A stretch of DNA of 63,924 bases. Source: Octopus bimaculoides (Eukaryota). Of this stretch, positions 49,601 to 62,890 are shown in pieces. Each line of letters starts with the position of its first letter. The stretch's first letter is position 1. The stretch covers positions 9,423,843-9,487,766 of the forward strand of contig NC_069000.1 of assembly GCF_001194135.2 (NCBI RefSeq), read 5' to 3'. The position numbers and the translations under genes are program-made. The notes under the pieces are model-generated. The model worked only from the letters and a program-made list of their open reading frames with translations. It made no database searches and was not told the origin of the DNA.

Positions 49601-51214
49601 CCAGAATTACCCAACAACAACAACACATTTCAACTGTAGTACAAGACAATCACATTCCTCTTACATTCATTGCAGCTTTCAGAATCAATTCTGGTTCTGT
49701 AATCAAGTGATTAATTCTAGCTGTAACTTAGAAAACAAAAAACTGGAAACAGATATTGCAAGGCATTTCATCTGATACATAATCAATTCAATCAATTCAC
49801 CACCCTGGAATGATACTTTATTTATCGATCCCCCCACCCTAAATAATTCTACACTCTGTATTGGTGGGGGGCAAAGTGCAGGCAGTGAATGACAAGCATA
49901 TAAAGAATATGTTTCCAAATCCTTTTTGAAGAATGATTGAAACTAAAATTTAATTTATTTTACAAAATGCTCACATGAGTATTGAAATTAGAAGATAAAA
50001 TATTTAAAACTATAATTTAAGTTTAAAAAATGTCTAAATCTCCAAACAGCAAGTTATTGTTTAGATTGTTATAAATTATGAAATATTTTCCTCCAACTGA
50101 TGTCAGTTTAATTTTTAGATTCAAAGAAAAAAATTAGACATTCATTACATTCACTTAAAATGCATGCTAATCAAGCATAAAATGAAATGAACCAACCATT
50201 CTGATTAAACCTAATCCTGTATTCTCTAATGGATATGTTAACAGTAACATCAAACAAAATTATATATAAAAAGAAAAAGAAAAAGAAATCAATAAAAACA
50301 TTAAGAAAAAATTAATTATAATTGATTTCAGTTTAGCTGTTTGGATTATTTTGATACACATACTAATGAAATGAAAATAGAAATGGGTGTAAAAATATCT
50401 TAAGGAAAGGAGTCTAAAAAGAAATTCAAACAAGCTGTTGGGAAAAAGAAAACAAAAAAGCATAAAGATAAATTGAAAATGTTCTATGTTAACAAAATCC
50501 ATAAAACTGCTAATTCCTTTATTGTTAATTAGAGAACTTCATTTAAAGATATTTAAAAGCTTAACAAATAATTATGTTTTATAAGTTTTAATTACAACTT
50601 CTCAGGTAATCAAGCAATATACTTTAGCAATTATTTGTTTTACAATTAACCGTAAAGAATATATCAGATATCTACTTAAGCACTCTATTAGCCTCTATTT
50701 TAGTCCCTGTGAAATTCTCAACATTTCTAACAAGCTTCCCAACAAAAATGTTACAAGCCATAACTTGTAAATAGTTATAAAACATGTCATTAAAAAATGT
50801 AGAAATTTGAATTAAAACATTAGTTATAATTAATGACAGGGAATCTGATATTTACCAACAATCAAAAAATATAATCAAAAAAGAAGCACCATCCCTTATA
50901 CAGGAATTGATTCAAAATCTATAAAATTTGTGCCTTTATTCTGGTTCCTCTTAGAATCATACATAACTACCACAAAATAGCTATTTTAATAGTTATAAAA
51001 CTCTTCTATTTCAGATTCTTCCATTGCATTCTCTGGTGAATTGACCTATTGGTTAACAGTTCATCTTTGTTTACATTCATTCTGTTCATTGCTTTTATAA
51101 AATATTTAATACAGTGAGCAAATTCAATGATTTTAGCTTATGATTAACAGTTTCTGACATTGGTATAATGTTACATTGCTTGGGAGGAAGGGTTATAGTC
51201 AATTATACACGTAC

Positions 51215-51595
51215 CCAATACTTGTTGCTTCTTATTCCATCAGGATGTACACTGATTTGGGCATAATTTGAATTCAGAAGGATAAAGGATCACAACTAAA
51301 CCCACGGGTATTTTGTTGAATCTTCAGTCATTCTAATGATCTTTCCTTTTTTTTTTATTTATTCAAAGGTGAACTGGCACAGTCATTACAGCATCAGACA
51401 GCATGCTTTATGCTATTTACTTCAACTCTTGACACCCTGAGCTCAAATTCTGCCAAAGATATCTTTACTTTTCATTCTTTCAAGGTCAACAAAAATGCAC
51501 TAATACCATGTAGCAAATTGGCAGAACTGTAAGAACTTTGGATTGGATGCCTGGCAGTATTTGTTCCAGCTTTTTGCATTCTGAGTTCAAATCTC
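51215..51595. mobile_element. Cluster of three decayed SINE family A fragments (one minus, two plus)
   Basis: TTTGAATTCAGAAGGATAAAG (minus), then CTGAGCTCAAATTCTGCC and TTCTGAGTTCAAATCTCACC (plus). Confidence 0.6.
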
Positions 51596-53744
51596 ACCAT
51601 GAAACTATTTGGGTGGTAGACTTATTCTGTTGTCCAGTTTAACACCACTACCTGGTACCTTGGGTGTTTTTAGTATTCAGATCAGGTCCCTGGTCTGAGA
51701 GTAGCTAGAATAGCTTCCTCTTTAATTCCCATCAGTCCCAAAGGCCCTATAAAAAAAGGCTATGGGAACTGTCTTCTCTCTTAAGTATATTATATATATA
51801 TATATATAATATGTACACCTTGATATATTCACAGAAACAAGTCAAGAAGTAGGGGATATATAAAGACCAAAATTTTAAGCTCACATGCCTACAGTAGATG
51901 TGAAGTAGTCAAGGCTAGAATCAATATTTCAAAAAATACTTGATTTGATTAGCTGTTTCTGTATCATAAATCTGCTGAAACAAAATTGACTCTATTATTC
52001 AATAACATAAATTGATGATTAAATGTTTAAATGTCTGAGATGAGTTGTTAATAAGATTATATTTTTCCAGATTATTAAGCACATCTTTATAGATGCAAAA
52101 AAAATTTTTTTACAGTATTTACAACTACACCTTCACTAAAGATGATGTTAATAGACACACAAATTATAATCTGAGATAAAAATTATTTTTAGCATAGATA
52201 TTAACCCACTAACTTGTAAAGAAAGAACAGTAGACTAAATCAACCCTACTATTTGTCAAATACTATTTCATTGAAATCAAATAGATGAAAGGGATATGAT
52301 CTCAGAGCATGATGGACATAAAACTAAATGCTATTTAGGTATTTTGTTTGGTGATCTACTAATTCTGCCAACTATCAACTTGCAATAATAAATAAATAAA
52401 TAAAGAGATAATCATTTAACCTATAAGCTACTACTCAGAACTCCTTACAATCAATATGGAAAAAATATTTCTTATCATATTGTAGTTATTTTTTCACAAG
52501 TCTTAACCAAGTTGGCTATGGCCAAGCTAATGAAAACATAATCATATCCATTACTATTAAAGTCACCTTGATAACTGGGCTAAATCGGTTAACTATCATT
52601 AAAGTAATTGATCAAGGAAACCATTGCATAAGACTCAGTATCCAAAACAGTTCTGGCATGTAGAGTTGAACTTAACTAGATTTCAATTAGTTAAATTTTC
52701 AATCAACATGATGTCTTATTTCTGGGTATTTACATAGTCCCAAACATGAATCAACCTATGAAACATTTTTTTGAAAACTGAAGACAGTAATATTCTTATT
52801 TTGGAAGTAAAAGGTTTCATTTTCAAATACAATGGGCATATCTAGATAAGTGTGACCACTCCCACTCATAATTTCCAGAAAAAAGAATATACAGTAACAT
52901 GATTAAATAGTTTGAGACACTTAATCCAATATATGGTTTCTGCTGCACTGATACCAGCAATAGCAAAAAATTTTTAATACAACATATAAACATTAATACC
53001 AATATTTCTTTATTCAGTAAATGGAATCAATTAACAACCAATCAAAAATTTAGTAGCAATTCTTTAAATATACCTCCTGAAAATAATGTGTGACTTACAA
53101 ATATATAAAATACCAATCTATTTGTGCATGCATGTGTGTGTGTATGTGTGCACATGCATGTGTGCATACTTGTGTGTGTGTGTGTGTCTGTGTGTGTGTG
53201 TGTGTGTGTAATACACTGGCTTGTATGTATATGTGTTGGTAAAAAAATTTACTGCAGAAAACTATACATTAATATCTTCAACCAAAATGAATGCAGGAAT
53301 AAATTCTATGGGGAAAATATCTCATTCAAATTACGCTATAAATTTTGTTCCTTTGTATCAGTGAGTTCCAGCTATAGAATCACAAGGGCACCACCACTTG
53401 ATGTTTTCATATCCAGGTAGGAAATCTAAAGAGAATCAGCTTGATTAGATGCATGTTTTTTTCTTTACAAGTGTTGTATGATTTTTTTTTTCTTTTTTGA
53501 AGGAAAAACACAAGTGCCAAAAATACAATAGAAGCAAAAATATACCTGGTCAACTCAAAAGACATGAAAGAAAGACATCAAAGAATACGATTTAGAATTG
53601 ACAAAAATCAATACATAGGAAGTTAAGTATTAGTTACATTATTGCGTTATAAGTTACAAACATTTTAGTCTAACAAGTGTTATGCTTCAATGTCTAGAGA
53701 TAAAAGAGAAGAGAGATTATATAACTTTACTATTATATATTATT

Positions 53745-53793
<49 letters not shown>

Positions 53794-54874
53794 ATAAAAA
53801 TGTGAAAAGGAACAAAACATATTCATTTTTCTTCTAATAGTGTACACAGGCAGTGTAAGTCTGTTATATCATTTATATCAATTAATTACCAGTCTCTCAA
53901 GTTGGGTTTAGACAGAATGGTTTATGTTACAAAGCAGGCATATCAGCATCACTATAGAATTCCTCAGACTATGTGCTAAGATCCATCACATGTTCTTAAT
54001 TAAACCAAAGCACAAGTTGGACATTATGTAACTGATGTACTTTCTCACAGATAATACTCAGGTGAAAGGTATTAATGAATTTGAATATGCTGAAGTCAAA
54101 AGTGGTATTGAAATTATGAGACACTGAAGAATTTTATAGAATATATATGATGCTCAGAGATTCATTTCAAGTAAAAACCAAACTAAAGTTAAACTTTTAC
54201 AAGTCTGTTGTCATGGTAACCAGTATTCATGAACATGAGTCATAAGCCAGTTTACATAACAAGCCTATAAAACAGTTTTAGCAGCTCCATATGCATTCTC
54301 TCTGGTCTATCAAGCATATTCACTATCAAGAGTCTATGACTAACACAATTACCATTAAATCAATGCTAATAAAAACAACAACATAATTCTAATAACATTG
54401 GACACGGGATCAAAACAGTGAGAAGCAATGTTGCGTGATAAACACTTTATGAGCAACTGTCAAATAAGAGTTGCAAAGTCAGGAAATTAGGACATAGATC
54501 TCAAGTAACTGGGGAATATATTAAGAGGATGTGGATTAATCTTAAATAACAGCAACAAGTAAGACTTGAAATAAGAACAGAAAGAGAAATGAAATCCTGA
54601 ATTATTGATTTGAATCTTTACAATTTAATAAAGAAAGTATTTATTTGTTTACAAAGTATTAATGTACTTTAATTTTAAAATTTTATAAAATTTACTTATT
54701 ATTTAAGCTCAACTCATTTTATCAATTTTTATTTACTGAACTACGAAGTTATGGGCAAAAGTAACAACATATATGCACACATTTATACATACACACACAC
54801 ACACACACACATATATACATGCACACAAACATACATGCATGCATGTGCACCCCCCCCCCTTACACACACATAAA

Positions 54875-55022
54875 TTGTTCTGTACAGTTTCCATCTCCTA
54901 AATTCTACTCATAAGTATTGGTCAACTTAAAGCTATAGCAGAAACCATTTGCCTGAAGTGCTACAGAGTGAGATTAAACCAAAAACCAGGAAGTTGTGGA
55001 GCAAACTTCTTAACCACACCAT
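54875..55022 (-). mobile_element. SINE family B
   Basis: CAGTTTCCATCT..GCTATAGCAGAA..CTTCTTAACCACAC. Confidence 0.75.
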
Positions 55023-55799
55023 CATGTTTGTATCTTATGAATGCTGTTTACGCCAAAACAATAAGAGTAAATCAAATACTTATGTTTTTCTCATTATTCA
55101 AATTTGAATTTAAAAGTCTAGACTTGATTTTTTTTAAAACTTGTGTTTTGAATTAACATATACAGTTTATTTTGCACAATCAATTCCATATATTTACATA
55201 ACATGAAACTAAATTCTACAGATTTTTGCATATACTGTGCACATTCAATATTACACACAAGACTGGGAAATGAGAAAAAAACACAACAGATAAATTTTTT
55301 GTTCCATACTTTTAATTTAACAATATGTATTATAAGGAAACGCATGTAGTAAGGTTTTTAGTTTCCAGATGCTGGTTGCAAAGAGAGAGGAAAACCAGAA
55401 TAACATCCTTACTATGATGACTTTACCAAATCCTTTGTTACAATATCTGTTAAAATACATTGCCTTTGTTTCAATAAATTTTGAAAATAATGAGAATTTA
55501 ATAAAATAACTTTTCCATGCATAAATTAACATAGAATTTTTAAAGAGGAAGTTTGTATCATAGAACCAGTGGAAGGAGAAGGCAGTCTTAGATGAATGGT
55601 ATCAAAAAAGGTGAAGCCAAGAATTATTTTAATTTTCTTAATATCATTAGCATTATATTTCACTGACATTACATAATGTTTAAAGAAAAAAAACATTTTA
55701 AATAATGTTCCAAAATCCAGATTATATGATAATTATTACTATCTTCCATTTTCAATGGTAGTCATTTTTGGAGAAATGTGCATATTAGATCAATTCCAA

Positions 55800-55915
55800 T
55801 ACTCAATTGGTACTTGTTTATCAACCCTGGAAGGATGGAAGGTAAAGTCAACATTGGTAGGATTTGAACTCAGAACATAAAGGTATACATTTCTGTTCTA
55901 GCATGAGTCGGATGA
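55800..55915 (-). mobile_element. SINE family A fragment
   Basis: GGTACTTGTTTATCAACCCTGGAAGGATGGAAGGTAAAGTCAAC..TTTGAACTCAGAAC. Confidence 0.78.
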
Positions 55916-57342
55916 GTCTTCACAGTCCAAATCAGATCTATTTGAAGTTACTGCCCTCTTCTGCTTGGACATTTCATTTTTGGCTTTGTTTCTATGGCTG
56001 GATACTGTTCCTAACTCTAAACAATTTACAGAGTGTACTGGGTGAATTTTATCATGGCACTAGCACTAGGAGAAGTCATATCGTGAAATGATTTGTAAAT
56101 ATATTATAATCCATGATATTTTGCCCAGTTCAAAGGAATCAAAATATTACATTTTTTTAGGTAAAAATACATATATGTTTTTCACTCTGAGCTTAAACTT
56201 AGTTTCAAGCTTACACATGATTTCATGATTCACTCCACTTGGGAACAGAAATATAAGAGGCTCTATCAGGATTTTTAAAGAAACAATATCGGTATCTGTT
56301 TCCTAGTAATACAATCATTCCTTTGTGGTTTGACTAAAACTACTTAAAACAATATTTTCTAATTGTACATGATGTCACACAAAACTTTATATGATCTAAC
56401 ACAAAGAAAAGATGGCAGCACTCCAACATGAACATAACTATATGGATTCAGGCCAACAATAGAACCTACATCCAGGCATTCAAAACTGCTAGAATTAACA
56501 GCGAAATTTCTCTCAACTCAAACCTTCCTATCTTAGAAACAGGACATATACATTAAGTAATGTAATCTTGGAAATTCAGAAAGATTGGATGATCATAGCT
56601 GAAATGCTTTTGAATTTGTGAAAAAGTTCATTAGATAGACCTGTTTGATTAGTGCTTACTGGAGTCTAACTAACAACAGTAACCGTATGGTTTTAGACTA
56701 ATTAAACATTGTATATCTTCACATTATGCTTTTCTTAATTTATTTGTAATTTAACAATTATCATTTCCCCCAGTTTACAACTGAGATATAGCAAATTTAC
56801 AGAACACACTATAGATGTACAATGTTAAACTGGAATTTTCTATACTCATAGAATTTTTAGATTCAGTAAAGATTTGTTTTTCCCAGTCCAGCATGGTGAA
56901 AGCAAAAATGAATTCAAATGTAAAGAATAAAAAGCATTGGAGTTAGCATACAATAAACATATTATAGTGTATTAGAAACAAGTCACACAAAATAAAAATG
57001 CTCCAATCACTTAACCACAGATTTGCTCTTTCTCTTCTCTGCTTCTGTTATTCTGTTATTCTGAACTAAAAAGCTGCATGCTACTTCTACCTAGGCTCAT
57101 CCACTTTCTTGCATCCTTATCCTTTTCTGGTTCACTCAACTAAATTTCACACTTAACCCACTTAATCCTCTCTAATCATCATTAACTAGAAGTTCAAGTA
57201 AAATATCAATCTTAAAAAGAAAAAAGAAAGTAAATATGCCTCTTAAAGGGAAGGCAGGATAAACTAATACACCAACAACCATCTTTGCCCATGAAACCTG
57301 AGAAAAGACAGCAAAGATCTCTCAATTCTAGGTATTCCTTAT

Positions 57343-57668
57343 TGGGATAGAGTGTGAACCAAAGAGGTGATGAGAAGAGCCGGCATGGAGAGTTTGCAGG
57401 ATGTGGTGATGAAGTGGCAGATATGGTTCATTAGCCATGTGCTATAAATACCGCAGGAAAGACAAGTTATTATCGTGATGGAATAGATGCTGGAAAGAGG
57501 AAAAAGACTGAGCGGAAAACTAAGGAAGATGTGGTGCAGTATGTTCCAGGATGACATGATGGAGATGGGAGTTGGTCCGAGTGGAGCATAGAGGAAAGCA
57601 AGCAATCAGGATGTTTAGAGGTTTGTTGCCTGTTGTGCTGACAGCACTGGAGGATCTAAGAGCTAAGA
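57343..57668 (+). mobile_element. RTE-clade LINE 3' end fragment
   Basis: WDRV*TKEVMRRAGMESL...FISHVL*IPQER...GKRLSGKLRKMW..FQDDMMEMGV, followed by a CTAAG-type tail. Confidence 0.72.
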
Positions 57669-59258
57669 AGAACATGCATGACAAAGTAGCTAAATACAAG
57701 TGCAGATGTGGTCATACAGAGAAGTATGCTTCATACTAACATGGCTCCTGATTTGAATCCTACAGCATAACTGCCTTTAACAAAGTCTACTCTGTTGTAA
57801 ACATTTAGACCAGGTCTTGAGTCTGAGGATAATATATTCCCACCAATTTCAGAGACCCTGTAAAAGGTTATGGGTGTTATCCTTTACCCCTGCAATTAAA
57901 TCATTAATGAAAAAAAAAAGCTTTGTGAAACTGTGTAGAAGCCCATCAGATGAACTGAACCTATTATTAACCTCACCTAATTTAGCACAACCACTAATCC
58001 CTTAGGAGTGCCTTTAGGAGATTCACATAGCTGCAAGTATTTGGACCAGGTCCAAATCTTCATATCTTTGTGTACTGCAGAGTAATTTGTTCCTCCCAAA
58101 CAAACTTAGACACTGCACTGAAGGCATGCTGAATAAGAGAAACCTTGCTTAAAAACAGGTAAAGGTTAGCAACAGGAAGGGCATCCGGTTGTAAAATGCC
58201 TCAACAATATATTCATCTAACTCATGCAAGCATTAAAAAAAAAAAAAGAAGTAAAAACGAACTTTAATTTTGCACTGAAAATTTTCTATATATCTATACA
58301 CCTCTAAAATAATATAAGTCTATCAAGGGAATTCTCTATGTGATTGCATATCATGCTAGAAATAACAGCTAAGTCTCCTTCAAATCAGATCCTATCGTCT
58401 TAAAACCGGGCACATGAGAGAATGTAGTTCGAGAGATGTATAGCACGAATGGAGTAAACAGCACATTCCATCACTCCCACCTGGTTCAGGTGTGCAAAAT
58501 TTCTACTGACCCACAGTGTCGTTGTTCCAAGTGTTGCGAACTCTTGTCACGCCGCTGGTTCTTGATATACAAAAAAAAAAAAAAAAAAAANNNNNNNNNN
58601 NNNNNNNNNNNNNNNNNNNNNNNNNNNNNNNNNNNNNNNNNNNNNNNNNNNNNNNNNNNNNNNNNNNNNNNNNNNNNNNNNNNNNNNNNNNNNNNNNNNN
58701 NNNNNNNNNNNNNNNNNNNNNNNNNNNNNNNNNNNNNNNNNNNNNNNNNNNNNNNNNNNNNNNNNNNNNNNNNNNNNNNNNNNNNNNNNNNNNNNNNNNN
58801 NNNNNNNNNNNNNNNNNNNNNNNNNNNNNNNNNNNNNNNNNNNNNNNNNNNNNNNNNNNNNNNNNNNNNNNNNNNNNNNNNNNNNNNNNNNNNNNNNNNN
58901 NNNNNNNNNNNNNNNNNNNNNNNNNNNNNNNNNNNNNNNNNNNNNNNNNNNNNNNNNNNNNNNNNNNNNNNNNNNNNNNNNNNNNNNNNNNNNNNNNNNN
59001 NNNNNNNNNNNNNNNNNNNNNNNNNNNNNNNNNNNNNNNNNNNNNNNNNNNNNNNNNNNNNNNNNNNNNNNNNNNNNNNNNNNNNNNNNNNNNNNNNNNN
59101 NNNNNNNNNNNNNNNNNNNNNNNNNNNNNNNNNNNNNNNNNNNNNNNNNNNNNNNNNNNNNNNNNNNNNNNNNNNNNNNNNNNNNNNNNNNNNNNNNNNN
59201 NNNNNNNNNNNNNNNNNNNNNNNNNNNNNNNNNNNNNNNNNNNNNNNNNNNNNNNNNN

Positions 59259-59290
<32 letters not shown>

Positions 59291-59934
59291 AAAATACACC
59301 ATCCAGTGTGTCTTTCCTTTCACAGTAGGGTGTAGTTTGTTGGCTGCTATTTCTAGCAGGTTGAAGAACCTCCCTAGAGGTTCCTGCGTTGACTGGTTTA
59401 TACTATGTACAGAAATTACAGATTTTAGACTTACGCAGACATGGAAACAAACTATATCATTTTTCTCTTCGGGTAGAAGCGTAGATGAAATAAGCAATCT
59501 TCAAGGGCATGCTTGCAGCTAATTCTATTCTAAGTTCATATTCATTTAGAAATTCCTTTTCCAAACACCAATTAAGGATTTATTCGATATATAATGAACT
59601 TATACATAAGAACTAAAAAGTGAAACCTTGTGGGTGCCGGATAAATATCCACTACTTTTCACTAATGGTATGTAAAAGATTTATTTTTCGAGAACAGGAA
59701 GAGACTAAATATCTAATTAATTTAAGTTTAACGAAATTATTGCATATATGCTACACTGATATATTTCGTTAGCTACATCGGATAAGTTGTGTAGGAATGA
59801 TGACATCATACTCCTGTCATTCTCAGTTCAACTCAACACAAGAGCTTCTAAGGGATGTTAGAAATAGCAGCCAAATCTCCTGAAATAAAACTTATTTTGT
59901 CATTAAAAAAACAGAAAACTAGATAATGTAGCCC

Positions 59935-60025
59935 GGCGGAGGTAAAGAATACGCACACCACCCGCTTTCGGCGTAAGAAAAAACTTAACCCTAAACACCG
60001 AATGTGCGTATTCTTTACATTCGCC
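59935..60025. mobile_element. 91-bp MITE with GG..CC ends, Merlin-like
   Basis: 23-bp TIRs GGCG(G/A)A(G/T)GTAAAGAATACGCACA with 2 mismatches. 9-bp TSD ATGTAGCCC / ATGTAACCC with 1 mismatch. Internal TTAACCCTAA. Confidence 0.75.
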
Positions 60026-60111
60026 ATGTAACCCTAGATACACACTATCTGGAGAGAGAGAGATAGAAAAAAAAAACAGAAAGCGAGATAGACCCATTAG
60101 AGCGCCGAACA

Positions 60112-60190
60112 AAATACGACGACATTTCTTTACGTCCTTAATTCAAATCCTGTCAGTTTTTTCCCGAGGTCGATAAGATACCAGTTAAGA
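60112..60190 (+). mobile_element. SINE family A fragment
   Basis: CATTTCTTTACGTCCTTAATTCAAATCC..CGAGGTCGATAAGATACCAGTT. Confidence 0.6.
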
Positions 60191-60294
60191 ACTAGAGCCG
60201 ATTTAATATTCCTATAATAGCAGACGCTCCATCAAGACTCAGAAGCTCAGGTACAACAGTTAAATAAAATTTGTAACTAATTTCTGGTTGGGAG

Positions 60295-60437
60295 CAGAAC
60301 CGTCTTAACAGCATTATAGGGGCCCCGAGTAAAATAATGCACTGGGGCATCCACATACACAACCGCTCCACACATAGATTAGCATTGTGCCCCCTAAGCC
60401 CATGGGGCCCAGTGTGGTGTGTCTTAAGAAGGCACTG
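60295..60437. mobile_element. hAT-type MITE
   Basis: TIRs CAGAACCGTCTTAA / TTAAGAAGGCACTG. 8-bp TSD GTTGGGAG / GAAGGGAG (6 of 8 match). Confidence 0.68.
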
Positions 60438-60989
60438 GAAGGGAGACAGAAACATGCTTTATTTTAAGCAAATTGTAATGTGCAGGTGTAAAATTTATAC
60501 ATATTAGAAATAACGAAAATGTAAGTCTGGAAAAAGCTTTATATAATTATCTACACGTTTATTCTTTCTCAATATATCTATCACGTTTTGTGCTCTGCTT
60601 AAATTATGAGGTTTCATGTGTGCAGTTTCACAAACATGTATGTCTATATCAATGTATTTGGGCAAACAATCAATATAAAAATGACTAAAACCATGAACCG
60701 AGGCGCGGACAGAAGCACATTAGCGAGAGAACGGAGGCTGAAAGGCTCATGTCTTTGGAAATGAGAAGACATACTACAAAACTTCATCGCCATGAGCAAC
60801 ATCTTGTATAGTGCATAGATGGTAGACCGTAAAAAAATATCTTACGAGATAGAGAAAAAAAACTGACGTCTTTAACCGTGAGCTTTCAATATCGAACTCA
60901 AAGCATTACACAACTAAATGCTAAGCGCAGCGTGTAAAACTTATCAAACAAATGCTCAAGACAGTGCTTAACTGAAACACATGAGAGCC

Positions 60990-61135
60990 CTTAGACTACA
61001 ACGCATTACAACCTCAATTCCAAATGCCTGGGGGGGGGTAACTGAGCAGTGGATAGAATACAAATTCAAAAGGATAAGAAGGCGTCCTAGAAGCGAATGG
61101 ACAAAGCGTTCTAGATGCAAATGGAATTACCGTAT
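60990..61135 (+). mobile_element. RTE-like LINE 3' fragment
   Basis: TEQWIEYKFKRIRRRPRSEW resembles W.P...KR.RGRP..RW. Confidence 0.35.
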
Positions 61136-61211
61136 TTAAGAGCATTAAAGACGCACTCCAATTTCAACAGCACATATTCAAGGCTAAAAATGTTTAGAAC
61201 ATGCATTAAAG

Positions 61212-61392
61212 CAGGGGTTCTCATAGCCATTCTATGTATATATTAAAAAAATCTTACTGTATTTTTGATAATTAAATATTATCAGGAATTGTGAAAATAA
61301 AATTTATATTTTTAGTATTGTAGAAGTAACCAATTTATTGCTGATAAATTTTAACAACAAAATCTTATATGTACCCTGGCTGGGAGCCACTG
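61212..61392. mobile_element. hAT-Charlie-like MITE
   Basis: TIRs CAGGGGTTCTCA / TGGGAGCCACTG. 8-bp TSD CATTAAAG / CATTAAGT. Confidence 0.68.
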
Positions 61393-62577
61393 CATTAAGT
61401 CATGTAATATCTTTTTTGTTTTTAGACAATTTTTTGGAACGGTGTGGGGGCTCTTGTATGCCATCAAATACGAAACGGTATATGAGAAGACATTGCAACT
61501 TAGATGCGATCGGAATTTCTATTAGATGACAAACTGTTCTGAATCAGTATTGACAACATGCCTTAAAATGGTTCGATCATTTCCAGAAACAGGAATATTA
61601 CTATTACAATTGCAGTCATAGCTAAATTGAGTAAATAAGTATAGAATTTACAACTAATTACTTGAAACACCAGAATGAAAATATATCAGCCTTGGATCTC
61701 CAGCGTACTCATTGAGGGAAAGAAGAGGCGAATGAAATGGTCGAATGGATAATACATTAAATACTATCGCATTTCGTAGTGTTGGAAACAAAAAACCCTA
61801 TTTTACATACTTGACTTCTCTTTGGCACCCGATTTTCCGGGAAGAAATTCAATAAGGCTGATCAAGCAACTGTTGATACCTCTGATCATAAGAAGTCAAA
61901 CATTCGGCTCTTTTGCCCTGAAGTTTACAAGCCGAGTGAATGAATCCATACATTTCACTGTGGCTGATCTTAACATGTGTTAAGAGACTTTATTTGAATC
62001 GAAACCTATTAACAACGACTGCATGTTTCGTAGTGAAATTCCAGTTCTGTCATGTAATAACGGAACAAATTTAGCCATGAAGTAAGGTGAAGAAGAATGT
62101 ATTTAACAACAACCGATTCCAGAAGAACATTATTCAAATCTCCCCCCCCCTCCCACCGCAACGCAAAACGACATCAACGCTCGATTAATAATCACATTTG
62201 GGAAATTACAAATTTAATTTTTAAGTCCAGAGAATAACCGATTAACTAACGCTAATGATGTATATTGTCAAATGAATATTTAATTCTTAAACCACTGATC
62301 ACTGTAAACGTTGACGAAGCTATTGTATGATTATTTTAAAAGAAAACACTAATGCAAATTCTATAACTTTCTTTAAGCTCTCAGAGGGAGATCCAGTTTT
62401 TATAAAGCTATCGAAACACTCTTTAACAATACCTGCTCCTACTTTCTTCAACTATAAGCTTTATCTACTCATTTATTTACAGCTAAGTAAACAGGGCTAT
62501 TTTAGAGTAAACTTATTGACAGCAAGTTTGAATATTTACGATATAATCTATGAAATAATAATCAAATCTATGTGCAA

Positions 62578-62890
62578 ATGCAAAATGCTTAGCAGCATTT
62601 CGTCCGTCTTTACGTTTTGAGTTGAAATTCCGCCGAGGTTGACTTTGTCTTTCATCCTTTTGAGGTTGATAAAACAAGTACCAGTCGAGCATTGGAGTTG
62701 ATGGAATCGACTCATCTTTCTATTTCTGTTGTACCTGTATTTCAAAGGGCCAGCCTTGTCATACTGTGTCACGCTGAATATCCCCGAGAACTACGTTAAA
62801 GGTACACGTGTCTGTGGAGTGCTCAGCCACTTGCACGTTAATTTCGGATCAACTGGAACCCTTGACGTCGTAAGCGACCGAGTGCCAACA
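62578..62890 (+). mobile_element. SINE family A head fused to a second conserved repeat segment, CpGs retained
   Basis: 62578-62715 is family A; 62728-62886 is homologous to 3499-3683. Confidence 0.88.

Noticed and set aside
58436-59497. 270-316 aa ORF calls
   Set aside because: They span the 668-bp N-gap, poly(A) and (TA)n.
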